DNA of 64,000 bases, taken from contig CAWCYD010000003.1 of assembly GCA_963799775.1 (NCBI GenBank), positions 1,248,001-1,312,000 on the forward strand. The letters are read 5' to 3'. Source of the stretch: an uncultured archaeon. Lineage in GTDB: Archaea; Thermoproteota; Nitrososphaeria; Nitrososphaerales; Gagatemarchaeaceae. Every line of letters starts with the position of its first letter. Position 1 is the stretch's first letter. The translations under genes were made by a program, and so were the position numbers. A model generated the notes under the pieces. It was not told where the DNA came from. It worked only from the letters and a program-made list of their open reading frames with translations, and made no database searches. Positions 51,369-60,831 of the stretch are shown piece by piece.

Positions 51369-52664
51369 TCAGTCGCCGACCTCGGCCGCGGTCGGGATGC
51401 TCTTGACCCTTCGGACCGGAGAGAAGAATACCCAGAGGAAGGCCAGGGAGCCCCCAAGTGCCCCTATCACCAAGGCGGGGTACAGACCCAATGTCTGCCC
51501 GAGCAGTCCGCCTAGCAGAGAGCCGATGGGCAATATGCCTGACACCACGAATCGCATCGTCGCGTTGAGCCTGCCCTGAAGCCGCAGGGGAACGAGGGCC
51601 TGCCTGTAGCTGATCTGGTTGACGTTGTAGAGCACAGCCCCGAAAGACGTGACGAAGAACGCGAGTATCAGGAAGTAGCTCCCGTAGGGAGGGGCGGCGA
51701 GGATGAAGATGAGGGAACCCAACGAGCAGAACGCCGCTGAAGAGACGATGAGGGCGCCGACCCTCAGGTGAATGGCTAACCTGCCGGCCGTGAGGCCTCC
51801 AAGAAGGGACCCGGCGCTGCCTAGCGCGAGCATGACCCCGATGAGAAGTGGGCTCATCTTCAGGACGTTGACCGCGTACAGCAAGAGCACCGCGAAGACC
51901 GCGCCTGAGAACAGGTTGAAAGTCGCGGTGCATCCCGCTATAGACCAGAGTCTCCTCTCGTGCAGCACGACAGAAAGGCCCTCTTTGATCTCCTCGATAA
52001 TGGGCCTCCTCGAGCTTTGGGGCTTCGACTCCTCTCTTCGTTTGATCGAGCTGAGGAAGGACGCCGACCACATGAAGGAGAACGGGTTGAAGAGAAGGGC
52101 CAGCGGTGCCCCTACTATCTGGACCAGTCCTCCGGCAAGACTTGGGCCGACTACGCCCGCAGCAGCGGCGCTTGCCTGGAGCTTACCATTGGCCTCGGTG
52201 AGTTGTTCTCTGCCCACCAGAGAAGGGAGGTATGCCTGGTAGCTGATGTCGAAGACAACGGTGAACGTCCCGATCGCGAAGGTCACCACGTAGAGCAGGT
52301 CTAGACTGAGCAGGCCCAAGAGAAAGGCGACGGGGACGCTCAGAGCCAGGACCGCCCGGGAGACGTCGCTTAATATCATCAGCCGGCGCCTCCGATACCT
52401 GTCTGCCCACACACCGGCGAGCAGCCCCAAGATCAGGAACGGGACGTTCGCGAGAGCCTGCAAGAGTCCCATCTGCGCCGCCGTCACATGGAGTATCAGG
52501 ACCGCAGTCAGCGGGAAAGCGAGGGCCGCGAATTGGTCGCCGACGAGCGAGACTGTCTCTCCGGACCACATCTTGAGGAAGTCGCGATGATGCCAGAGAC
52601 TCTTGCTTGGCCCCACGACGACCTCCTTCTCGTCATTTGGAGAGGGATCCCCAGCTCCGCTCAA
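51369..52664 (-). CDS. MFS transporter (DHA3-like)
   Basis: GVWADRYRRRRLMILSD, ~12 TM segments. Confidence 0.92.
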   Translation of the reverse strand: MSGAGDPSPNDEKEVVVGPSKSLWHHRDFLKMWSGETVSLVGDQFAALAFPLTAVLILHVTAAQMGLLQALANVPFLILGLLAGVWADRYRRRRLMILSDVSRAVLALSVPVAFLLGLLSLDLLYVVTFAIGTFTVVFDISYQAYLPSLVGREQLTEANGKLQASAAAAGVVGPSLAGGLVQIVGAPLALLFNPFSFMWSASFLSSIKRREESKPQSSRRPIIEEIKEGLSVVLHERRLWSIAGCTATFNLFSGAVFAVLLLYAVNVLKMSPLLIGVMLALGSAGSLLGGLTAGRLAIHLRVGALIVSSAAFCSLGSLIFILAAPPYGSYFLILAFFVTSFGAVLYNVNQISYRQALVPLRLQGRLNATMRFVVSGILPIGSLLGGLLGQTLGLYPALVIGALGGSLAFLWVFFSPVRRVKSIPTAAEVGD

Positions 52665-52719
52665 TCACTCGAATAGGGGCGCCCTCCGTATTTGAACGAC
52701 ACCTGAGGCCGCCGCTTCG

Positions 52720-52917
52720 CTAGTTCGGACAGTCCGGCAGCTCAGACCATTGCGTGAGCGGGCCCTCGGATTTCTCGAGCTCGTAGATGGCCACCGGCCC
52801 GAACTCGCCTGTCTGCTCTAGGAAGTCTTTCAGGTTGCGAGCCTCGGTCATCGAACTCTTGGGGAACCTGTTCACCGTTCCTCCCGATGCAGTCGCTACT
52901 ACGGTGAGCCTTCGCAT
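52720..52917 (-). CDS. small hypothetical protein
   Basis: 65 aa, divergent from an AT-rich promoter region. Confidence 0.5.
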   Translation of the reverse strand: MRRLTVVATASGGTVNRFPKSSMTEARNLKDFLEQTGEFGPVAIYELEKSEGPLTQWSELPDCPN

Positions 52918-53082
52918 TATTCCTCTCCGCTATATTCCTAGTATATTAGAGAGATTGCGCGAAATATTCAAACGCGAATAGACGGCGAAGGCGCGTTTGT
53001 CTCTCAACCTTCGTCGACATCCTCTTCTTTTTGGAAGGTGGATATGGAACAAAGCCTCGAACGCTCTTATACTCCATAAGAC

Positions 53083-53904
53083 TTGGTTATCAGGTCGAGG
53101 AAAGAAGGAAAGGTGCGTTCGAACAAGACGTTGTTGAGGGCAACAACAATTGTCATGATTCTTCTGACGATTGCAACGCTCGCCTTGCCGGTCTCGGCGA
53201 CGACATACTCAGTAATCGTCCAGACGGATGCGTCATCCTATTCAGGCGCGACACCGATCCATATCACTGGAAATGTCAGCCCTGCTCCGGGGCCATCGAC
53301 GGCGGTTATCATCACAATCTACAACAACGCGAACAAGTCGGCGGCTGCCGATGTGGGATACGCACCCGCAAATGCAGCGACAGGCGCCTTCAACTACACA
53401 TCGGTTCCCGGTGGGAATGCGGCATGGACGAGCGGCACGTTCACAGTCAACGCCACGTGGGGGGCAAATGGTTACACCGCGATAGGGACGACGACGTTCA
53501 CGTACAGCCTGCTGACGACTACAAGCTCGACGACGACTTCGACGACAACGAGTAGCACGACAATAAGCAGCACGACCACGACTAGCAGCACCCAAACGAC
53601 AACCTCGACCACCACAAGCAGCACTATCAGCAAGACGAACTCGACGACCAGTTCGACAAGCACCACCAGCAGCACGTCCTCTACGACCACGACGACGCCA
53701 CCGGTCACAATCACCTCGACCGTGACCTCGACACCGACGACGAGCTCCTCGAGCTCCTCATCGACGACATCGAGTTTGGGCACGGGCCTCGGCTCTCTCA
53801 CCTGGGTGATAGTCGCGGCGGTATTGGTGATACTGGCAGCTGTGGGCCTAGTGTTCTGGAGGAGGAAGGTTGCCAGCGATTATAGCAAGTCGGCGACCCG
53901 CTGA
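53083..53904 (+). CDS. Ser/Thr-rich surface protein with C-terminal TM anchor
   Basis: Signal peptide, Ig-like beta domain, T/S tract, TM + RRK. Confidence 0.8.
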   Translation: MVIRSRKEGKVRSNKTLLRATTIVMILLTIATLALPVSATTYSVIVQTDASSYSGATPIHITGNVSPAPGPSTAVIITIYNNANKSAAADVGYAPANAATGAFNYTSVPGGNAAWTSGTFTVNATWGANGYTAIGTTTFTYSLLTTTSSTTTSTTTSSTTISSTTTTSSTQTTTSTTTSSTISKTNSTTSSTSTTSSTSSTTTTTPPVTITSTVTSTPTTSSSSSSSTTSSLGTGLGSLTWVIVAAVLVILAAVGLVFWRRKVASDYSKSATR

Positions 53905-53964
53905 GCTTCGACAGCCCGACGAAATCCCTTTTTATCCGACCAAGGTGCCTGCGACGAACATAGG

Positions 53965-54348
53965 TTGAGGTTCCGCTTCTACTACGCAGGGATAAGGGTC
54001 AGAGACATGAAGCGCTCGCTCGACTTTTACAGAAAGGCGATGGGCATGAATGTCGTCAACAAGGGGACCATGCCTCACGGGGGCAAGTTTGTGCAGCTTA
54101 GGGGCAAGGGGTCCAAGCAGACTCTCGAACTGAACTGGTATCCCTCCGGGAGCAGGTTCTACTCCGATTATGTGCCCGGCGAGGAGATGGACCATCTCGC
54201 CTTCGTCGTCAAGGACGCGGCCAAGGCGTACAAGGAGCTCATCTCGAAAGGCGCGACGCCCGCCGTCCCTCCGAAGGAGTCAAAGGGGACGGAGGTGTAC
54301 GTGAAAGACCCTGACGGGATCTGGATAGAGCTCCTCTCATCGGGATGA
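53965..54348 (+). CDS. VOC family protein (glyoxalase I-like)
   Basis: IRVRDMKRSLDFY, LELNWY, DHLAFVV, KDPDGIWIEL. Confidence 0.9.
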   Translation: MRFRFYYAGIRVRDMKRSLDFYRKAMGMNVVNKGTMPHGGKFVQLRGKGSKQTLELNWYPSGSRFYSDYVPGEEMDHLAFVVKDAAKAYKELISKGATPAVPPKESKGTEVYVKDPDGIWIELLSSG

Positions 54349-54363
54349 AGGGCGGTCGGCAGT

Positions 54364-54622
54364 CTATCCTTCGAGCAGCAGTCCTAGTCGCTTCTCATAG
54401 TCGACACCAGGTCCCATGCCCCGGGCGTCCAAGACGACCTTTCCATCCATCAGCACGACCGGGATGGTGTCCCAATACTTGTCATGGAGCTCAATGTCGC
54501 TCCCGATGTCGAGGACGCTTCAACCGGAAACCGCGGGTAGACGAAAGATGGTCCAGCGCGTCCAGGACCTTGTCGCAGACGTGACACCCTTTCTTCGAGA
54601 CGAGAGTGACCTCCCTCTGCAC
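54364..54622 (-). CDS. glutaredoxin-like (DUF836) protein (frameshift near 54517)
   Basis: VTLVSKKGCHVCD ... DIGSDIELHDKYWDTIPVVLMDGK. Confidence 0.8.
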
Positions 54623-54648
54623 GAGGGGATGGACCTCTTCCGGTCCAT

Positions 54649-55011
54649 CTATACTTTGCTTTGGTTGGACGCTGGGGCCTGGAGCGCCGTCATCTGAGGG
54701 GCCGGGGGAGGTGCCGCCTCTGCGGCCTCTTCCTGAAGCTTCCTCTTGGCAATCAAGATCCTCACTCTCTGTTGGCATTGGATCGCCCTGTCGCTGAACG
54801 CCTTCCACGGAGTGTAGTCCTGGGTGCCTTTGGCCAAAAGAAGGAGCAGGTCAGCGGCTTGGAGGTAGTCGACGATGGAGTCGCCGAACCTTCCCGCCTT
54901 TTCCTTTGCGATGGCTTCGTTGACCAGGTGGGTCGCGTACCACTCTATCTTCTGCATCCTCGAGCCCTGTGCCGCTTGAGCCGGCCTCTGGGCTGCCTTG
55001 ACCTCTGGCAT
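54649..55011 (-). CDS. stand-alone MIT-like domain protein
   Basis: ATHLVNEAIAKEKAGRFGDSIVDYLQAADLL...FSDRAIQCQQRVRIL resembles the Vps4/CdvC MIT three-helix pattern. Confidence 0.6.
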   Translation of the reverse strand: MPEVKAAQRPAQAAQGSRMQKIEWYATHLVNEAIAKEKAGRFGDSIVDYLQAADLLLLLAKGTQDYTPWKAFSDRAIQCQQRVRILIAKRKLQEEAAEAAPPPAPQMTALQAPASNQSKV

Positions 55012-55150
55012 ACGCTCGTCCTGACGCTAGCCCTCCCGATAGCCATCAGTGTCACATTTCCTCAACAATAGTGCGAAGTTGGGCGGACCCTCGGCCAGCC
55101 CTTGAATTTGCCCGCAGGAATGTTAATCTGGACGCCTCATCGGGCCAGGA

Positions 55151-55700
55151 ATGAAACGAGAGATGGTCCCTTCAAAGCAAGTCAGCGGCAAGTGGCTCCT
55201 CGTCCTCTCTGTGGGGGCGATAATCATCTCTCTCGCCTTCGTCGGGGTCGCGTACGTCGCGCTCTCCCCAGCCCAGGGGGGCACTCTCTTCGGGGCACCT
55301 CTTCATCAACGAGGGAGGGTTCTCCAACTCCACAGCGGGCGCGACCGCATCTTACAACGCGACGCTGACCGCGCATAACGGGAACGGCTCGATCCTCTTC
55401 ACGTTCCTCTCTGGGACCGACCTCCTGTCCAACCATCTCGTGTCCATCTCAAACTATACGGTCTCGGTGAACCAGGTCTCGGTCACCATGAACGGGCATT
55501 CATTGACCCTCCCATGGGAAGTCAATGACACAGTCTGGGCGGGCACCTACGACAGCAACTACATCGCATCGTGGGGGCCTTCGGCCCCCTCCTATGAGGT
55601 GCGTGGCCAGATCACGCCGTCCGTCTTCGGACTGCCTCCCAAAGACTACGTGGAATTCAGATTCGAAGCAGAGAGCGGCGAAGCGGCGGCGTGCTGCTAG
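55151..55700 (+). CDS. hypothetical membrane-anchored protein (frameshifted)
   Basis: N-terminal TM in 55151..55378, beta-rich remainder in 55440..55700. Confidence 0.55.
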
Positions 55701-55818
55701 CGGACAGGGGAAGAGAGATTCGGAGATTGCTCTGTTAAAATCTGAAACTTATTCCGAATTCCAATTCCAGGATGCGGCTCATTATATCGCGTAGCTTGCA
55801 ATCCCTTATCGAACAAAC

Positions 55819-56550
55819 ATGCAAGTGAACAGAGGCAAACTCCAACTCCTCACAGTCGCTGCGATGCTCGTCCTGGTCTCAGGCGGGATCGCCGCGTACG
55901 CGAAGAACCAATCCGTATCGGCGGCCAACGCATCTGCGCCTGCGCAGGTGGCGCTGGTCCCCGACACGACCAACTCGACTTCCTCCTCCACCACGACGTC
56001 GACATCCACCCAGACGACTTCCTCGAGCTCGACCGTGACGTCGACCGTCACCGTGACGACGACGGCATCGAGCACGACCACGACCCCACCCGCGCCACTA
56101 TGCCAGTCTCCATCGGCGACCGAGGTTGGCAGGCTTGTCTTGCCGATAACGGCGGCCGGAGCGACATCCACAGGGTCCATATCCTTCCCAATCAGCAAGG
56201 GATGCATCGCCTACATCACCTCGGTGGGCGGCATCTTCAACGTCCAGATCGTCCTGCGATACGCGAAGCCGGTGACCCAGTACAACGTCGTGCTGGTCGC
56301 CAACAGCACGGGCTACACGCTTGGAAGCATGGTCACGGGTCCAGATGGATCCGGGCAGATGCAGAACCAAGTCCTCCTGAAGCCGGGCACCTACGTGGTC
56401 TCGCTCCAGATCCTCGACACATCATCCAACCCAGGCCAAAGCACCCTTGTGCTGCAGACTGCCCAAGGGACTATCGTCTCCCCGCCGTTCCCAACCCCTA
56501 ACAGCGCACAGCAGCCCAACCAGCACGGCGACTCCGACGGGGACAAGTAA
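55819..56550 (+). CDS. secreted Thr-rich protein
   Basis: Signal peptide, T/S linker, beta domain with two Cys. Confidence 0.75.
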   Translation: MQVNRGKLQLLTVAAMLVLVSGGIAAYAKNQSVSAANASAPAQVALVPDTTNSTSSSTTTSTSTQTTSSSSTVTSTVTVTTTASSTTTTPPAPLCQSPSATEVGRLVLPITAAGATSTGSISFPISKGCIAYITSVGGIFNVQIVLRYAKPVTQYNVVLVANSTGYTLGSMVTGPDGSGQMQNQVLLKPGTYVVSLQILDTSSNPGQSTLVLQTAQGTIVSPPFPTPNSAQQPNQHGDSDGDK

Positions 56551-56654
56551 GACACCTTTCTTGGAAGGCAGGGCCAACAAACCGTTGGCCTGCCTCCTTC
56601 CCTCTCTTTTTCCGAATCGAACTCATTTATAGTCAGACGACGGAATTCTCAGGC

Positions 56655-58016
56655 ACGAGAGCAGCAAGAGCACCCCGGTCCGAATTCTCCAGTTACCATG
56701 AGAAGCTAGCACAGGGAAAGACCACGTGCGAGGAGGCGGTCAAGGAAGAGCTCGAGAACATCGGCGAGCTCAAGCGCCTCAACGCCTACATCACCATCTT
56801 CGACGGAGAGCACGGGATAGCGCTCTCCAGGGCCCGCGCGCTCGACGGCTCGCCAGGGCAGAAGAAGAGGTTCGAGGGGCTGTATGGTATACCGCTGGCG
56901 ATAAAGGACAACATCTTCTTCGGAGGCTTTCCGACGACGGACGCCACGTTCTACTTCAAGGACTTCGTCCCGAGCCAGAACGCAGACCTGGTAGACGACG
57001 CTCTCGCTCTCGGGTGCATCCCTCTGGGGAAGACAAACCTGCACGAGATAGCCTTGGGAGCGACGTCTGCGGCCTCGTACTTTGGGCCTGTGCTAAGTCC
57101 GCTCGACCAGAAGAGGGTGGCCGGAGGTTCTAGCGGAGGGTCGGCGGTCTCCGTTGCGACCTCCAAGGGCCCTGTCTTGGGGTTCGGGTCGGACACCGGA
57201 GGTTCGATAAGGGTGCCCGCGGCCCTCTGCGGGATAGTCGGCTTCAAGCCCACCCAGGGCGCGCTAAGCTTGGAGGGGGTCTTCCCTCTGAGCGCGACAC
57301 TGGACCATGCAGGCCTCCTCACCCGGACGATGCCCGACATGACGACCGCTTTCCTCGAGCTTACGAAGAGCCGTCGGAAGGCCAGCGGAAACGAGCGACG
57401 GAAGGTCAGGGTCGGCGTCCTGACGGGACACTTCTTCGAAGAGACGGAAGAGAGGATCTCGGCCAACTTCTGGAGAGCCATGAAGAGGATGGAGTCCTCG
57501 GGGAACTTCTCGGTGAAGGAGATCCCGACCGACGCGAGCTACGAGAGGTTCACCCGTGCAAGAGGGGCGATCCAGCTCAGCGAGGCGGCATGGTTCTTCG
57601 GCGAACTCGTGGGGGATGAGAAGGTCGCGGCGAAGATGGACCCTGACGTGGTCACGCTGCTCAGACGAGGGATGAAATTCGGGCAGGTCCGATATCTTGG
57701 GGCGAACCTCACGAGGCTCGAGTCGATCCGCATATTTGGGCGCATGCTCAAGGAGGTCGACGTTCTCGCGATGCCGACGACGAGGGCCGTGGCGCCCAAG
57801 CTCGACGACGTGCGAGGGAACGAGGCAGGGAAGCTCCGGCGCGTGCTTCTCCAGAACACGGAGGTCTTCAACCTGTGCGGCTTTCCCGCACTGAGCATCC
57901 CTTCCAACCCGGGCTCAAGAGAGCTCCCCACCGCCATCCAGCTCTCGGGCAGGCTCGGAGACGACCAAGAAGTGCTACTTGCGGGCGAGCTGGCGATGCA
58001 GGCGATAACGCGCTAG
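56655..58016 (+). CDS. amidase signature family protein (start uncertain)
   Basis: GIPLAIKDNI, GKTNLHE, GGSSGGSA, GSDTGGSIRVPA; frame is open upstream of 57054 without a canonical start. Confidence 0.9.
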   Translation, partial: TRAARAPRSEFSSYHEKLAQGKTTCEEAVKEELENIGELKRLNAYITIFDGEHGIALSRARALDGSPGQKKRFEGLYGIPLAIKDNIFFGGFPTTDATFYFKDFVPSQNADLVDDALALGCIPLGKTNLHEIALGATSAASYFGPVLSPLDQKRVAGGSSGGSAVSVATSKGPVLGFGSDTGGSIRVPAALCGIVGFKPTQGALSLEGVFPLSATLDHAGLLTRTMPDMTTAFLELTKSRRKASGNERRKVRVGVLTGHFFEETEERISANFWRAMKRMESSGNFSVKEIPTDASYERFTRARGAIQLSEAAWFFGELVGDEKVAAKMDPDVVTLLRRGMKFGQVRYLGANLTRLESIRIFGRMLKEVDVLAMPTTRAVAPKLDDVRGNEAGKLRRVLLQNTEVFNLCGFPALSIPSNPGSRELPTAIQLSGRLGDDQEVLLAGELAMQAITR

Positions 58017-58033
58017 TCGAGCGACGCAGGTCG

Positions 58034-58702
58034 CTACTTGCCCAGCTTCTTGATAAGGTCCTTGGAGCTCGAGACGCCCGACAGGTACCAATAGCGGATG
58101 TACTGGAGACCCACCTGGTGCTGGACGTCGCTGAAGGCCTCGACCCCGTCCTCGACCACTTCCACCTCGTATCTGCGGAAGAAGGCGTCCGCAGCGGTGT
58201 GGCGAACGCAGCAGTCCGTCGTCACCCCGGAGATCACCAGGGTGTTGGCTCCTTTTCCTCCGTAGAGGCTGCGAAGGATGTCGTCGAGCTCGGTCTGCTG
58301 GAAGCTGCTGTAAGTCGACTTTGGGACCACGTAGTCCCTCCGCTTCGGGGCTATCTCCTCGATCACACCGGCGCCCTTGGTCCCTCTCATCGCGTGCGCC
58401 TCCCACCTGTTCAGCTCAAAGTCGGACGGCTTGTGGGAGTCGTTGCAGTATACGACCGGGATCGCGTTGGCCCGCGAGGCGTCCAGGAGCGCGGCGACGT
58501 TGGGTATCTTTGGGACCATCCTGTCGCACTTCAGGACACCGTAGATGAAATCGTGGAGCATGTCGACCACGAGGACGGCGTACCTCCGGTCTTGACGATA
58601 GACCAGGGGCTCCTTGAACGAGGCGGGCGGGTAGACGACGGAGCGCGCCTCCATCTCCGCCATTGCGCGGCCGTCTTTCCCGTGGCCGTGTGCGTGTGGC
58701 AT
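58034..58702 (-). CDS. isochorismatase-family cysteine hydrolase
   Basis: LVVDMLHDF, KSTYSSF, GVTTDCCVRHTAADA. Confidence 0.9.
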   Translation of the reverse strand: MPHAHGHGKDGRAMAEMEARSVVYPPASFKEPLVYRQDRRYAVLVVDMLHDFIYGVLKCDRMVPKIPNVAALLDASRANAIPVVYCNDSHKPSDFELNRWEAHAMRGTKGAGVIEEIAPKRRDYVVPKSTYSSFQQTELDDILRSLYGGKGANTLVISGVTTDCCVRHTAADAFFRRYEVEVVEDGVEAFSDVQHQVGLQYIRYWYLSGVSSSKDLIKKLGK

Positions 58703-58751
58703 GGACCGGAGGAGCTCCGCCCCCTTAAAAATCGATGCGCTCGGTGACAGG

Positions 58752-59520
58752 TCAGGGTGCCTGCTATGACTTGGATGGTCCCGACCATCCAGTCCGGATG
58801 TATCGAGCAGTCGTATCTGTAGCTGCCTGCCACGGTGAGGGTGACGGTGTAGGTCTGCCCTTCGTTCAAGATCCCAGAGTTCCACGGTTTTGCCCCGGCG
58901 GGGATGTTGACTGACTGGACGGTGTGCTGGACGTAGTCCTGGTCGTTCCAGACTATCGTGTTGTTGACGCCGACGACGACCTTGATCTTCGAGGGCGTGA
59001 AGTTGAGCGACTCGTTGTTCCCGACGTCCTGCGGAAGAATGATCTGGACGGCGCCAGGCTGGACGGACGACGTGGAGGTGGCCGACGTCGTCGTGGTCGA
59101 GGTCGTCGTCGAAGCCTGGGTCGTTGTGGTGCTGCTGGTGCTCGTGCTGGATGTGGTGAATGATGACGTCGTGGAGGTCGTCGACATGGTCGTTGAGGTG
59201 GATGTCGAAAGACTGGAGCTGCTGCTCGTGATCGCGGTAGAGGAGGCCGAGTAAGACGAGCTGGTCTGAGAAGTCGCCGCGGAGGACTGTGTCGTCGTGG
59301 GAGTGGTGAGGCTCCCGTTTGATGAGGAGGACAGGGTGATTGTCTGGGTTGAGACCGTAGTAGTGGTGGTTATCCTGGTGTAGTCGCCGGTGGGCTGTGG
59401 GCGCTGTAGGTAGGCCTCCGCTGCGAAAAGGCTCGCGACCAGCAAGAGTATCACGCCCGCTATCAGCGCCAGAGTCGAGGCGGTAGTCGCCCTACGGCGC
59501 GACTTCATCCGGATGTACAT
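58752..59520 (-). CDS. membrane-anchored blue copper protein (plastocyanin/azurin family) with Thr/Ser linker
   Basis: HTV ... YDCSIHPDWMVGTIQV type-1 copper ligands; real stop probably at 58752 after a 1-nt shift. Confidence 0.85.
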
Positions 59521-59563
59521 CTTCCCCGCCGCATCTCGCGGGCCACCTTCATAACGCTCGCGC

Positions 59564-60820
59564 CTAGATGACCGATAGCTTCTCGTAGGTCGTGTCCAGG
59601 ACTTCGGTCTGCTGGATCCCGAACCAGTCCTCCAGGACGGTCGCGTAGCTCTGCCTAAAGTCGATGTTCCAGAGCAGGTTGCCTGAGGAGTCGAGGTTGC
59701 TCAGGCTCGGATAGGTCCCGTAGAGCCCTGGGCTGATGGACCCGCCGATCATGAACTGGGGGAGGGCCGTCCCGTGGTCCGTCCCGGCGCTCCCGTTCTC
59801 CTTGACACGCCGCCCGAACTCTGAGAAGGTCATCATCAGCGTGTCGTTGGCGCGACCCTGCGCGGAGAGGTCGTTGTAGAACGCGCTCACCCCGTCCGAG
59901 AGCTGTTTCAAGAGAGGGTCTTGCGTCTTCCTCTCCCCGCCGTGTGTGTCGAACCCGCCTAGAGTGACGTAGACAATCTTGGGGTTGATGCTCGAGACTA
60001 TGACCCCCGCCGCGAGCTTGAGCCTCTGGGAGAAGTCGTCGGTGGGATAGGTGACCTGCGGCGTGTAGCTGTTCGCGGCAGCCTGGATCACCGCGGAGGC
60101 AGAGATCGCGTCCAGTCCCGACTGCATCATCTGGTTGACGAGGGCGTTATACTCGCCGCACGCGCTGCACGCCGTCTCGTTGAGCTGCTGGATGAAGCCC
60201 GTGCTCATGGTGTCGCTCCTGTTCAGCGGGGCGATCTTGAAACCAGCGACCGTGTTGAACGATAGGGGCTGGGCCGTGACTCCCGTGAGGGTCTGGGGGA
60301 CGAGCTCTTGCAGGTTGACCGCCGTCGCAGGCGAGTCCATCGCGTTCGCCACGTCCATGTAGCGCCCGAGCCATCCGTTGGAGAACGGCATGTCGGGTTC
60401 CGCGCTCTCCCAGATCGCCGTTGCTTCGAAGTGCGAGAGGTTCGGGTTGGGGTAGCTCACACCCTGGATTATCGCGACGCGGTTGCTCTTGTAGAGGTCC
60501 ATCATCCCTGACATCTGGGCGTTGAGGGCGATGTCCCCGTCGATCGGGAGGATCTCGCTCGAGGTCAGACCTATCGTGGGCCTGTTCTGCAGGTACGCGG
60601 ACTGGCCGTAGGGCACGACCGTGTTGAGGCCGTCGTTCCCGCCCATGAGCTGGATTACGACGAGCGTCTTGTTGGACGCGTTCTGGAGCGTGGCGGTCTG
60701 CGCCTGGTTGGCGTCCGTAGCCTCCATCACCGTCGGGCCGAGGCTCAGCGGCGTGACGGAGGGTATCCCCGCCACCCTGGCTGCGAGCTGTCTCAGGAGA
60801 TCTCTTCGAGCGTTCTTCAA
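59564..60820 (-). CDS. DUF1501 family protein
   Basis: LVVIQLMGGNDGLNTVVP, SHF, GWLGR, GGFDTH, SEFGRRVKENGSAGTDHG, DFRQSYAT. Confidence 0.92.
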   Translation of the reverse strand: MKNARRDLLRQLAARVAGIPSVTPLSLGPTVMEATDANQAQTATLQNASNKTLVVIQLMGGNDGLNTVVPYGQSAYLQNRPTIGLTSSEILPIDGDIALNAQMSGMMDLYKSNRVAIIQGVSYPNPNLSHFEATAIWESAEPDMPFSNGWLGRYMDVANAMDSPATAVNLQELVPQTLTGVTAQPLSFNTVAGFKIAPLNRSDTMSTGFIQQLNETACSACGEYNALVNQMMQSGLDAISASAVIQAAANSYTPQVTYPTDDFSQRLKLAAGVIVSSINPKIVYVTLGGFDTHGGERKTQDPLLKQLSDGVSAFYNDLSAQGRANDTLMMTFSEFGRRVKENGSAGTDHGTALPQFMIGGSISPGLYGTYPSLSNLDSSGNLLWNIDFRQSYATVLEDWFGIQQTEVLDTTYEKLSVI

Positions 60821-60831
60821 CTCATTTCACC

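Noticed and set aside
53500-53780. ACG/ACC/AGC low-complexity tracts (also near 35100-35240, 55970-56090, 59060-59380) as tandem repeats or CRISPR
   Set aside because: They encode Ser/Thr linkers of surface proteins; no constant repeat-spacer structure
1573-59520. Numerous split genes as pseudogenes or programmed frameshifts
   Set aside because: Single-base indels are scattered through otherwise intact genes, often in short homopolymers, with no shared slippery motif; typical long-read error
58531-59520. Cupredoxin-isochorismatase overlap or fusion
   Set aside because: A 1-nt shift after the copper domain gives a stop at 58752, and a TTTTTAAG TATA precedes the isochorismatase start
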